Below, piece after piece: positions 1 through 8,707 of a stretch of 35,243 nucleotides of DNA. The position numbers were made by a program, and so were the translations under genes. The DNA is taken from the IMG/VR virus record IMGVR_UViG_3300020042_006044, positions 1 to 35,243 of that record, one strand, 5' to 3'. The notes under the pieces are model-generated. The model ran no database searches. It was not told where the DNA came from and saw nothing but the letters and a program-made list of their open reading frames with translations. Positions within the stretch are counted from its first letter, which is position 1; every line of letters starts with the position of its first letter. The DNA comes from a virus. Its lineage: Duplodnaviria > Caudoviricetes.

Positions 1-91
1 AACAATGAGCATCGTCACTAATTAGTGGTTCAGCTAGGTGCGAATTGGGATTTTAACTTTGTTCATATATGTAAAGTGCCTTGTTCACTTG

Positions 92-104
92 CAAGTACTT
101 GATT
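92..104 (-). promoter_or_regulatory. IHF consensus site
   Basis: Reverse complement AATCAAGTACTTG matches WATCAANNNNTTR. Confidence 0.6.
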
Positions 105-144
105 ATAAACTTGTTCATATATGTAAAGTGATTTTGTTCAATCG

Positions 145-157
145 CAAGTCATTGATT
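145..157 (-). promoter_or_regulatory. IHF consensus site
   Basis: Reverse complement AATCAATGACTTG matches WATCAANNNNTTR. Confidence 0.6.
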
Positions 158-412
158 TTAAACTTGTTCATGTTGTTCATACGTTTTTTACATAGGGTGG
201 GGGATTTTGCAAGAATTTTGTCCGTTCGAGATAACTCAGCAAATGCAAAGTCCACTACTTTACACAAAATCATCATTTTCCAAACCGCATACCCCCTCTC
301 AAAAACACATGAACAATTGAACAAACTAATAATAATATAATATATATAAATATAATATATAGACAAAACAAACACTTAGCAAAACACAAACCGCCAAAAT
401 TAACCCAAATCG

Positions 413-510
413 GTTACAGTATGTAAAGTAAGGTGGCATGAACAGCATGAACATAATAGAATCAATGACTTACAACGCTTTTTCTCCACCCTCGTTACAG
501 TATGTAAAGT
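413..510. repeat. 17-bp direct repeat GTTACAGTATGTAAAGT flanking an IHF site
   Basis: Identical copies at 413-429 and 494-510. Confidence 0.9.
460..472 (+). promoter_or_regulatory. IHF consensus site
   Basis: AATCAATGACTTA matches WATCAANNNNTTR. Confidence 0.6.
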
Positions 511-645
511 TACTAACCCAGTCATCACAAATCTACCTAAATCCTATCATCTACCGTTTTCTTAAATGACACACATCACTAACTACATCCCCTGAGAATA
601 CACACCAAACCACACCCCAAAGTAGTTACCCCAAACACTATGTTC

Positions 646-692
646 ATATGTCAAGTTATAGTATAATAGAAGTTAGATGGGAGATTAAGTGG
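646..692 (+). promoter_or_regulatory. Early promoter-like element, copy 1 of a 47-bp repeat
   Basis: TATAAT at 662-667 upstream of the first + strand genes; 44/47 identical to 2261-2307. Confidence 0.7.
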
Positions 693-773
693 AGTTAGCG
701 GTAGGGGTAGTTAGCAAGGTGTTAGTTTAGTGGTTCAGCTAAGTGCGAATTGCACAGAAAGGTAGGTTGCAAA

Positions 774-1031
774 ATGGAGTTAATTTTCGGAGTCAAAGCA
801 ATAAGTGACGAAAGCAATACCGAGTGGGAGTTCAGTTATGTCGGTGGTAACGGTGCTTTAAATTGTATGAACAATGCTTATATGGAGAAACTCACTAACG
901 GTTACGGCAGCATGAAAGACGTTATGTATCGTGTAAGTATCCCATATACATCGGCAACAAAAAATCAAGTGTTCAAGACACGTGATGAAGCGTTTGGTTT
1001 TATCAATAACTTTATTAGGAGAATGGCATGA
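774..1031 (+). CDS. Hypothetical early protein
   Basis: ORF 750..1031; ATG at 774 follows AAGGTAGG; stop overlaps the next ATG. Confidence 0.7.
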   Translation: MELIFGVKAISDESNTEWEFSYVGGNGALNCMNNAYMEKLTNGYGSMKDVMYRVSIPYTSATKNQVFKTRDEAFGFINNFIRRMA

Positions 1032-1135
1032 GTGCAGATGACTGGGATAGGGTAGTTGGTTGGGTAGGCGCAGTTACGTTCGTAGTTTATTTAGTTGTTT
1101 CATTTTTTGGAGGGTTTGAATCATGGGCAAGATGA
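1028..1135 (+). CDS. Small membrane peptide (35 aa, below the ORF-track cutoff)
   Basis: AGGAG RBS and ATGA overlap; MSADDWDRVVGWVGAVTFVVYLVVSFFGGFESWAR has one hydrophobic helix. Confidence 0.65.
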   Translation: MSADDWDRVVGWVGAVTFVVYLVVSFFGGFESWAR

Positions 1136-1347
1136 AAGCATTGTGGCAAGCTGAGCAAGAAAAGAATGGTGTGATATTAGATGATGTAATAAGTGATGAA
1201 AGGTGGGCTATGCGTGATGAGTTCATGAAACAGATGAACAACGTGGCAGTTCGTGATGAGTGGGATTTGTGGTCAACACATGATGATGGCGCAATGATTA
1301 GTGATTCAGACTTAGGTGCGTTAATGGCTAAATGGGAGGATGTATGA
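1123..1347 (+). CDS. Hypothetical protein
   Basis: GGAGGG RBS; fits the tightly packed gene run. Confidence 0.7.
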   Translation: MGKMKALWQAEQEKNGVILDDVISDERWAMRDEFMKQMNNVAVRDEWDLWSTHDDGAMISDSDLGALMAKWEDV

Positions 1348-1562
1348 GTAAAGATAGTTTTTGTTGTAGGCAATGCGGCGCGGCTATGGATAGTAGGCGA
1401 TGGTATGCGGGCTACACATCGTGTATGTCATGTGGTGATGCACAGGCTAGTCTAGCTAGGAAGTCATGGACAGTCGCACCGATGCACAAGAGCAATTATG
1501 TTCTTATCACAAACCACGATGACCTAACTGGCATCAACAACAAAGGAGGACTAGTCAAATGA
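1344..1562 (+). CDS. C4 zinc-finger protein, TraR/DksA-like
   Basis: CRQCG...RR...CMSC; GGAGG RBS before ATG 1344. Confidence 0.65.
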   Translation: MSKDSFCCRQCGAAMDSRRWYAGYTSCMSCGDAQASLARKSWTVAPMHKSNYVLITNHDDLTGINNKGGLVK

Positions 1563-1828
1563 AAAACTTTGAAGCATGGAAAGGATTGAGTGTGAGAAAG
1601 GTATGTGAGTGTGGTGAACCGATAGCAATACACAATTCAAATCGTGGCATAACTGAGTGCCACGAGTGTTTAGATAAAACACGAAAAAGTGAAGCGTTAG
1701 TAAGAAAGTTTTTAGATGACCTGTTTGAATCTAACAGCGTTGAGGAATGGGAAGCAAAGCTAAATCAGTCCCCCGAAGTAGGGGAGTGGGCTGTTAAACA
1801 ATTTAAGGAGAACGGTGATGGGGTATAG
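1559..1828 (+). CDS. Hypothetical zinc-finger protein
   Basis: CECG...CHEC; AGGAGG RBS; ATGA overlap. Confidence 0.7.
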   Translation: MKNFEAWKGLSVRKVCECGEPIAIHNSNRGITECHECLDKTRKSEALVRKFLDDLFESNSVEEWEAKLNQSPEVGEWAVKQFKENGDGV

Positions 1829-2216
1829 AAGTAGTGTGGCATACAAAATTAAATTCTTTGACATCGACACCATGCGTCTGTTTGTTACTGAGGCTAAGTC
1901 AAAAGAGGAATACAAAGAAGCGTTGAAAGATGTTGAGTGGTACAAAGCAACACAAGAGGGGCTAGAAATAAATGAGGAGAAATTGCACATTAAATTTGAT
2001 GTGAGTGCGTGGAAGTGGTATGAGACTTACCCCGATGTCATGGCACATGAAGCATTATTGAACCTAGCGAAAGAGTATCGAGACGAGGCAGAAAAAGAGG
2101 TGGAGTATGCCTTTGCTCGGATAGGTGAGGAAGAGGGTGACATTGAGTCGTATGCTAGCGACAACGGATATGATTTAGTCTATGTGTCACGACAGATACT
2201 CTTTGATGATAATTAG
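1815..2216 (+). CDS. Hypothetical phage protein
   Basis: AAGGAG RBS (start 1815 or 1818); WKWYE...FARIGEE pattern recurrent in phage early genes. Confidence 0.75.
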   Translation: MMGYRSSVAYKIKFFDIDTMRLFVTEAKSKEEYKEALKDVEWYKATQEGLEINEEKLHIKFDVSAWKWYETYPDVMAHEALLNLAKEYRDEAEKEVEYAFARIGEEEGDIESYASDNGYDLVYVSRQILFDDN

Positions 2217-2260
2217 TACATCCTCCCCCCCTGAAATACTTTAGGACATAGTGTATCTTT

Positions 2261-2307
2261 ATATGTCAAGTTAGTGTATAATAGAAGTTAGATGGGAGAG
2301 TAAGTGG
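2261..2307 (+). promoter_or_regulatory. Early promoter-like element, copy 2 of a 47-bp repeat
   Basis: TATAAT at 2277-2282 in the intergenic gap before the DUF3150/MoxR/vWA genes. Confidence 0.7.
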
Positions 2308-2385
2308 GCGTAATGGTTGTTAGAAGCAAACGTAGTATGTTAATCAATTCAGCGTTAGCTGAACTACTAATTAAGGAGAAACAAA

Positions 2386-3297
2386 ATGGAATCACAATTC
2401 CAAATGCAAAAACCAAGTAGCATAGTTAGCCTAGCATCATCGGGCTTGTTAGTAAGTGTAGATGTTAATGTGTGGTCAGCTACCAAGCAAGACAGAGTTA
2501 TCAGCGATGAAGTTACGCACTCAAAGAACGCGGACAGTAGCGCGGGGCGGTTTGTAAAGAACTTACTTGCAGATGACACGCATCACAAAAAGGTAGCGAA
2601 CTATCGTCAGACTATTTACAACTGGCTCAAGCGTAGCACATACAGATGGAACAACTCGCAAGACTTACTACCTGTAATGCACCTAGAGAAGTTTAAGACT
2701 GAATACCAAGAGCATGAGGCAGAGTTTCATCGTCTGTTAGATAATTTCACGAACAACTACGCAAGTATCGTGAGTGACATGGCTTTCAAGCAAGGTGACA
2801 TGTTCAATCGGAATGACTACCCAAGTGTAGATGAGGTTCGGGCTAAGTTTGGTATTAGGTTGTTTGTGGCTGAAGTGCCTAACCACGACTGGCGGTGTAG
2901 CATTAGTGATGACATCGCTGATGACTTAAAACAACAATACGAGAGGCAAGCTAGCGACATCATAACTGGCATCATGTCAGAGCAAGTCGAACGGTTGGTC
3001 GAAGTGATGGAAAGCATCGAACATTGTTGCGGTGTTTCAGTAGTTAGTGATTCAGCTAATGGTGAAGTTAAAACCAAGAAGCGCAAGATTTACGATACAA
3101 CAATTGAGAAAGCGAGGGAACTATGCAAATTGTATAAAGACTTTAATCTTACCAATAACCAAGACTTGCAAGAAGCGGTTACAAGTTTAGAGAATACCCT
3201 ATCGGGTGTTAATGCTGAGGTTATTCGTGAAAGCGAAGCGGTGAGAGCAAAGGTTCAAAACGATGTAAGTAACATTTTAGGTAAGTTTAAATTTTAA
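2386..3297 (+). CDS. DUF3150-like helical protein
   Basis: 303 aa; AAGGAG RBS; pattern VNVWSA..D...KNLL...DYPS.DEVR.KF; sits directly upstream of an AAA+ gene and a vWA gene. Confidence 0.6.
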   Translation: MESQFQMQKPSSIVSLASSGLLVSVDVNVWSATKQDRVISDEVTHSKNADSSAGRFVKNLLADDTHHKKVANYRQTIYNWLKRSTYRWNNSQDLLPVMHLEKFKTEYQEHEAEFHRLLDNFTNNYASIVSDMAFKQGDMFNRNDYPSVDEVRAKFGIRLFVAEVPNHDWRCSISDDIADDLKQQYERQASDIITGIMSEQVERLVEVMESIEHCCGVSVVSDSANGEVKTKKRKIYDTTIEKARELCKLYKDFNLTNNQDLQEAVTSLENTLSGVNAEVIRESEAVRAKVQNDVSNILGKFKF

Positions 3298-3335
3298 TCA
3301 GTATCATTTATTAGTTAATTTATAGGAGATTCAAA

Positions 3336-4409
3336 ATGGCTTCAATCAATACAACACCAACAGTAACTATCAACGAGTTACGCACTTTAATCTCAGCAAT
3401 AGGTGAGGCACTAACTATAGTCGTGCAATCAGAGCCAGGCTGTGGCAAGACTTCATTGTTATCAATGCTGAAACAAGACTTAGGTGATGACTATGACTAC
3501 ATCTATGTAGATTGTCCTGTTAAAGATATGTCAGACATTGCAATGACAATTCCAAATCACGATACCAAAACGCTAGAGTCGTATGTCGGTAGTCTGTTCA
3601 TGTTGGATAGTCCAAAACCTAAAGTCATCTTGCTTGACGAGATGATGAAATCCCCCAAGCTCTTACAGATTATCTTCACTAGATTATGTCTTGAAAGATA
3701 TGTAGGTGATACCCCGTTACCTAAAGGTTCTATCGTGTTCGCAACTTCAAACAATGCAAGCGATGGTGTCGGTGATAGTATGTTAGCCCATGCGGGTAAT
3801 CGTGTTTGTATCGTGCGTATGGAGAAACCAAATACTCCGTCATGGTTGGAGTGGGCGGCTGAACATGGTATCAATCCGTTAATTCGTGCGTGGGTTCATA
3901 TGAATCCTAGATGTCTAGCGAGTTACTTAGATGATGGTCAAGAGGACAATCCATATATCTTTAAACCAAGCAAACCAGCTTTATCGTTTGTCAGTCCTCG
4001 TAGCCTAGCGAAGTCATCGGTCATCGTGGATATGAAAGACAAGATTGGTGACAATGCTACTATGGTTGCTTTGGCTGGGACACTAGGTGCAAGCGCGGCT
4101 GGTCAGATGTCAGCGTTCCTATCGCTAGAGAAACAACTACCCGACTTCAAGGACATCCTAGACAATCCGTCTACTATTAAAGTCCCCGATGAAATCGTAG
4201 CTACATTGATGCTTATGTTCCAAGCGACAGACTTACTATCATCGCAAGATGAACTCAGTAAGTTTATGACATTCGTTAATCGTGTAGCAAGTAGCGAGTT
4301 ACAAGCGGTGTTCTTTACTATGATGATGCGTAGCAAGAATGGTGTGAAGCTAGCGCGTAACAACGAACAGATTAAGAAGTGGGCTTTAGATAACCACGAC
4401 TTGTTCTAA
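3336..4409 (+). CDS. MoxR-family AAA+ ATPase
   Basis: Walker A SEPGCGKTS, Walker B ILLDE, sensor ATSN, NR arginine finger, SPRS motif. Confidence 0.88.
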   Translation: MASINTTPTVTINELRTLISAIGEALTIVVQSEPGCGKTSLLSMLKQDLGDDYDYIYVDCPVKDMSDIAMTIPNHDTKTLESYVGSLFMLDSPKPKVILLDEMMKSPKLLQIIFTRLCLERYVGDTPLPKGSIVFATSNNASDGVGDSMLAHAGNRVCIVRMEKPNTPSWLEWAAEHGINPLIRAWVHMNPRCLASYLDDGQEDNPYIFKPSKPALSFVSPRSLAKSSVIVDMKDKIGDNATMVALAGTLGASAAGQMSAFLSLEKQLPDFKDILDNPSTIKVPDEIVATLMLMFQATDLLSSQDELSKFMTFVNRVASSELQAVFFTMMMRSKNGVKLARNNEQIKKWALDNHDLF

Positions 4410-4432
4410 GAAACTAACTAAGGAGAAACCAA

Positions 4433-5713
4433 ATGGATATATCTCAAGAAACAAGACTTAAGAAAGCGCATGTCGCGCTGATGAAACATCAAGAAACATC
4501 GCTGTATTCTAGTATTTTCTTGATGGGTACGAATGTCGTAGAGGATGGAATACCTACCGCATACACCGATGGTCATAATAAAAAGTATGGTCGGGAGTTT
4601 ATGGCTAAAATCAAGGATGACTCAAAGATACGAGGTCTAGTATTGCATGAGAACTTGCATGTAGCGTTGAAACATCTTATACGATTTAAGAAAGAGTTTA
4701 AGGCTAACCCACAGTTAATCAACATGGCGGCTGATTTTGTGGTCAATGATATTATTATGTCATTGAATGATAAGGGATTTTGTGAGTTACCCGATGGTGG
4801 GCTACACGAGCCTTTCTTCCATGATTGGAGTGTGCGTGAGGTATACAACTATCTACTCAAGAACGCTAAGTCTACTAAACCACCACCAAATGCTAACACA
4901 CCATGTGATAAAGACAACACAGGTCAAAGCGGTGGTAGTGAAACAGGCAAGGCTGAATCACTAGGTAACGACTTCGAGGTAGATGTCAATGGCAAGAAGT
5001 ATGAGAGTCATGGGTTCGATGAGCATGACTTCGAGAAAGCTATAAATGACATGACTCCCGAACAGGCACAGGAACTCAGCGATAAGATTGACAAGGCTAT
5101 GCGTGAGGGTGGTATCCTAGCGGGTCGCATGGGTGCGAAAGTGCCAAGAGCAATTGGTGAGATGCTTGAGCCACAAGTCGATTGGAAAGAAGTGCTACGA
5201 GACTTTGTTACAAGTAGTAGTCGTGGGACTGATGAGTTTACATGGCGCAAGTTTAATAAGCGCATGATGGCTAATGAATTGTATATGCCAAGTGTAGAGA
5301 ACGAGACAGTCGGTGAGTTAGTAGTAGCGATTGACACATCGGGGTCTATTGGAAGTAAGGAACTTACCGAGTTTGCGACAGAACTGGCATCAATATGCGA
5401 TGCGGTTTCCCCAAGCAAGGTTCGTGTTTTATGGTGGGATACGCAAGTGCATGGTGAACAGGAGTTTGAGGACAACTACCAAAACATCGGTGGACTACTC
5501 AAACCGTTAGGTGGTGGTGGGACTCATGTGTCTTGTGTATCAGAGTATATATCAGCTAATAAAATCTCAGCTGAGGGAGTGATTATCTTTACTGATGGCT
5601 ATGTAGAGTCAGACATCAAGTGGGATATATCTACACCAACGCTTTGGCTTGTTACTGAACGTAAAAACTTTATACCACCAGCGAGTGGCAAAGTAGTTAA
5701 TAAACTTAATTAA
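4433..5713 (+). CDS. Metallopeptidase-vWA protein (DUF2201-like)
   Basis: TAYTDG and HENLH (HExxH, 4646-4660), low-complexity linker, then MIDAS DTSGS, GGGT, FTDGY. Confidence 0.9.
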   Translation: MDISQETRLKKAHVALMKHQETSLYSSIFLMGTNVVEDGIPTAYTDGHNKKYGREFMAKIKDDSKIRGLVLHENLHVALKHLIRFKKEFKANPQLINMAADFVVNDIIMSLNDKGFCELPDGGLHEPFFHDWSVREVYNYLLKNAKSTKPPPNANTPCDKDNTGQSGGSETGKAESLGNDFEVDVNGKKYESHGFDEHDFEKAINDMTPEQAQELSDKIDKAMREGGILAGRMGAKVPRAIGEMLEPQVDWKEVLRDFVTSSSRGTDEFTWRKFNKRMMANELYMPSVENETVGELVVAIDTSGSIGSKELTEFATELASICDAVSPSKVRVLWWDTQVHGEQEFEDNYQNIGGLLKPLGGGGTHVSCVSEYISANKISAEGVIIFTDGYVESDIKWDISTPTLWLVTERKNFIPPASGKVVNKLN

Positions 5714-5724
5714 GGAGAATCAAA

Positions 5725-6753
5725 ATGGCTTTATCTTATGAATCATTAAAGTGGGTGCATGAAAATGTTAAACCTTACAGGGGGTCAAGTAGATACCCAA
5801 CAACAAATCGGGCGCATAGCTATAAGCACTTCGTGCCAGAGATAGTAGATGGCAAGACTGAGTATCATGTCTACTATGGTAATAATTGGAGAGACATCGT
5901 TATAAATAATGCAGAGTATGACAAGCTAAATGCAAAGCAACAAAATGAATACTCAAGAAAATGGAACAGCACCACAGAGTGGACAACGTGGGAAAGAATA
6001 CCAAATAAGATTGCGATTGTTCGTGATGACAACACATTTGAGTTTGTAGCTACTAGTTTACATCAAGGGATAAGACATTTTCTAACAAGGCAATTCGGTG
6101 CTTATATTTATGCAGATTGTAGGCGCGGTGGTGTTATCTATAATAAGCGGTCAGCAAATATAATTATGCCTTTGTATCAAGGCATGAAAGTAGATGATAA
6201 AACATTTAAGCCAGTCGATGACTATGAGATTATTCTAAGACGCGTCAGTCGTAAGCAAGGTAATGTTGCGCTTAAGAAGTATGAGAAATTCCTAAAACTT
6301 TCGGAGACTATGGCTAAAGCATCCGATAGAAAACAATTCTTAGTTGATATGAATGAAGAAATTAGAACGGCACTTGGTAACGAGGCTGATGCAAAATTAA
6401 ATCGGTGGATTAGCCCAGCTGAGGCTGAATCACTATCTAAGGTCGCGATGGATAAAATTGACACCGATGAGTATGGTGCTATGTTGTTACTATGCTATGC
6501 GGATAACGTAGGCTGGGTGCGTAGTGCGATGGAGAAAGTGATTCAGACTAATACATGGAACGGATACTCTAGTGATAACTACACTCCCGAATCATGGTAT
6601 GAACTGATGAAATCTAGATTCTCACGCAAGGTATACAAGGAAAACGATACTTTCAATAAGACAGTATATAAGTATGGTGAGACATATCCTCAGTCAACAT
6701 GGGGTGTAGAAGTCTTGGTCAATGGTAAAGAAATTAATCAATATAAAGGATAG
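5725..6753 (+). CDS. Hypothetical protein (342 aa)
   Basis: Long ORF with AAGGAG RBS; no recognised motif. Confidence 0.85.
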   Translation: MALSYESLKWVHENVKPYRGSSRYPTTNRAHSYKHFVPEIVDGKTEYHVYYGNNWRDIVINNAEYDKLNAKQQNEYSRKWNSTTEWTTWERIPNKIAIVRDDNTFEFVATSLHQGIRHFLTRQFGAYIYADCRRGGVIYNKRSANIIMPLYQGMKVDDKTFKPVDDYEIILRRVSRKQGNVALKKYEKFLKLSETMAKASDRKQFLVDMNEEIRTALGNEADAKLNRWISPAEAESLSKVAMDKIDTDEYGAMLLLCYADNVGWVRSAMEKVIQTNTWNGYSSDNYTPESWYELMKSRFSRKVYKENDTFNKTVYKYGETYPQSTWGVEVLVNGKEINQYKG

Positions 6754-6762
6754 GAGATAAAG

Positions 6763-7746
6763 ATGAAAGCATATATCTATGAAAGTGTGTGGACTCAAGA
6801 GTTGGAGGATGCTATCGAGAGTAGCCCGACTAAGCCGTTAATCATGGAGATGTTCCACAAGTTTGGTCTCAAAGCATACGCGCGATTTGTATCCGATGAG
6901 TATGGTGGTAATAAACTAGACAACGCATTTATGATGACACTCGATGGCTTCCCCTATTGTCGAGTAGATGTCAGTGAAGTTAGTAAGTTAGATGCCGATG
7001 GTAATGAAGTGTTTATACCACAGTATAGCTATCGTAGCGCATTTTATACTAAGGCTAGGTCAAGTAGTAATGGTGACAACAAAACACTATCATCTATTAA
7101 ACTATCTAGCCTTATGAAAACGCTTGAGAAAAACAATGCCGTGCCTACATCAATGGAGGAACTCACAGATAAAACCGCAATAAATGGGATAATTGCACAG
7201 ATAAGAAATAAGCAAGCCGTAAGGGAGACACGCAAGAATCCGTATGATGTTAATCCCGACTATATTCAAGAAGCACTGGCATCAATACTGGCTGGCGATA
7301 ACACCGCTATGTCTCATGATACTCTTAACCATTGTAAATTTATACTTGACAAGTGGCAGAGAGTAGACCAAGATAACAAAACATACCAAGAGAATATGAA
7401 CTCTATATTAGGTAACGAGATGCACATCTTATATACAGATAAAGCTGATGGGATTGTAGTTGGCAAAGTCAAGCTAGAGTTAAACGCAGATAAAGATAGG
7501 GTAAGGTCAGTAGATGTTGTTGAGCCATTTAGACGCTACCTTGACATACACGACTATGAAAACTTTGCAGACATCGGAGGACTACTTACTATGTTCAAAG
7601 TGCATCTAGAAGGACTAGATAGGTCAAGAATCATTAAAGACTATTTCTACTGTAAAGATGATTATCTCCCCGACTTAAATATTGCTTCATACTACACAGA
7701 TGGACAATCTTACGATGGAGGTATATGGCTATGTCTACCAAATTAA
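6763..7746 (+). CDS. Hypothetical protein (327 aa)
   Basis: Long ORF with AGGAG RBS; no recognised motif. Confidence 0.85.
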   Translation: MKAYIYESVWTQELEDAIESSPTKPLIMEMFHKFGLKAYARFVSDEYGGNKLDNAFMMTLDGFPYCRVDVSEVSKLDADGNEVFIPQYSYRSAFYTKARSSSNGDNKTLSSIKLSSLMKTLEKNNAVPTSMEELTDKTAINGIIAQIRNKQAVRETRKNPYDVNPDYIQEALASILAGDNTAMSHDTLNHCKFILDKWQRVDQDNKTYQENMNSILGNEMHILYTDKADGIVVGKVKLELNADKDRVRSVDVVEPFRRYLDIHDYENFADIGGLLTMFKVHLEGLDRSRIIKDYFYCKDDYLPDLNIASYYTDGQSYDGGIWLCLPN

Positions 7747-8243
7747 AAGACACAATTATTGACATGGATAAATGGATACATGAATACTCCATGATAAACG
7801 ACTTGAAAGATATTCTTGAAAGGCACGAGATAATAGGACTAAATCATATCAAGTTAGTAGACGCGGTGCTAAAGGAACAAATAATCAACACGCAAGGTAT
7901 GAAACTATTTAAGAACTTATCACCTGTATTACATGAAACACTAGCAGACCATTATAGAGTGCCTATCAAGCATAAAGAACCGAGATATTCTATATATGTT
8001 AAGCCCGACTACAAGCGGATATTCCTAGAGGAGAAGCTACCACCATTTATACAAAGTAGGTTAACAATGGCTAAAGCGGCTTGCGAACGTATACTACCCG
8101 ATAATGAACTGTATGAGGTTGGTATGTATATATATCGTGGTAATGGTATGGGCGATGTAGCATGGCGGGCTTCCGAGTCTATGTATATTGTAGTCATGGA
8201 TAAGCACGAGTTAAATGATTTGTGTGGTGAGAAATTCTATTAG
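7725..8243 (+). CDS. Hypothetical protein (172 aa)
   Basis: GGAGG RBS; overlaps the previous stop. Confidence 0.8.
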   Translation: MAMSTKLKDTIIDMDKWIHEYSMINDLKDILERHEIIGLNHIKLVDAVLKEQIINTQGMKLFKNLSPVLHETLADHYRVPIKHKEPRYSIYVKPDYKRIFLEEKLPPFIQSRLTMAKAACERILPDNELYEVGMYIYRGNGMGDVAWRASESMYIVVMDKHELNDLCGEKFY

Positions 8244-8252
8244 GAGATAGGT

Positions 8253-8417
8253 ATGACATACGCAGACTTAGCTAAAGATTTTAAACAATGGTATATAAAA
8301 GTCGTTCAACGCAATGAAGGAAGTGATAATCTTGTATTACGTGACGCTATGCGCTTTTCATATGAAGCTGGATTTAGAAATGGATATGAGAGAGCCATGA
8401 GAGGAGAAATTAAATGA
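8253..8417 (+). CDS. Small hypothetical protein (54 aa, not in track)
   Basis: AGGAG RBS; MTYADLAKDFKQWY...YEAGFRNGYERAMRGEIK; ATGA overlap with the next gene. Confidence 0.7.
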   Translation: MTYADLAKDFKQWYIKVVQRNEGSDNLVLRDAMRFSYEAGFRNGYERAMRGEIK

Positions 8418-8707
8418 CACCCGAAGCAAAAGTAAAAGCCAAGGTTAAGAAAGTATTAGACAAGTTAAACTGCTATTACTTCTTTCCCGCAACAGGTGGC
8501 TATGGTAGGAGTGGTGTACCCGATGTGGTTGTATGCTTTCAAGGGCATTTTATTGGTATAGAGTGTAAGGCTGGCAAAGGTAAGCTGACCGCACTACAAG
8601 AAAACGAGTTAAAGAAAATCCAATTCAACGAGGGTAGCACCGCTGTCATCAATGAGGATAACGTAGACTCGTTAGAAGAGTGGCTATACAATGAAATACA
8701 GTCATAA
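8414..8707 (+). CDS. VRR-NUC domain nuclease (Holliday-junction resolvase-like)
   Basis: TPEAKVK...GVPD...FIGIECKAGKGKLTALQ (PD-(D/E)xK). Confidence 0.88.
   Translation: MTPEAKVKAKVKKVLDKLNCYYFFPATGGYGRSGVPDVVVCFQGHFIGIECKAGKGKLTALQENELKKIQFNEGSTAVINEDNVDSLEEWLYNEIQS

Larger units (their letters stand above)
56..171. repeat. Imperfect tandem repeat, ~52-53 bp period (2 full units plus a partial third)
   Basis: AACT(T)TGTTCATATATGTAAAGTG...TTGTTCA...GCAAGT..TTGATT.TA starts at 56 and 108; AACTTGTTCAT restarts at 161. Confidence 0.9.
22..752. repeat. 26-bp direct repeat TTAGTGGTTCAGCTA(G/A)GTGCGAATTG bracketing the non-coding region
   Basis: Copies at 22-47 and 727-752, one mismatch. Confidence 0.9.

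Noticed and set aside
22-47. 26-bp repeat as an att site or prophage boundary
   Set aside because: Copies are only 705 bp apart; no integrase, tRNA or host genes in the window
38-375. ORFs 38..340 (+) and 115..375 (-)
   Set aside because: They run through DNA repeats and an AT tract, lack an RBS and have non-protein-like composition
625-654. Leftward sigma70 promoter from the reversed TTGACA (also at 2264-2269)
   Set aside because: No -10 hexamer at 16-18 nt on the - strand in either copy
579-714. Inverted repeat CTAACTAC..CCCCT / AGGGGTAGTTAG around promoter 1
   Set aside because: Short and gapped, and explicable by the local C/A-rich versus G/T-rich strand bias
22-752. Repeats as a CRISPR array
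   Set aside because: No constant repeat with unique, regularly sized spacers; the Cas4-like gene is a standard phage replication nuclease
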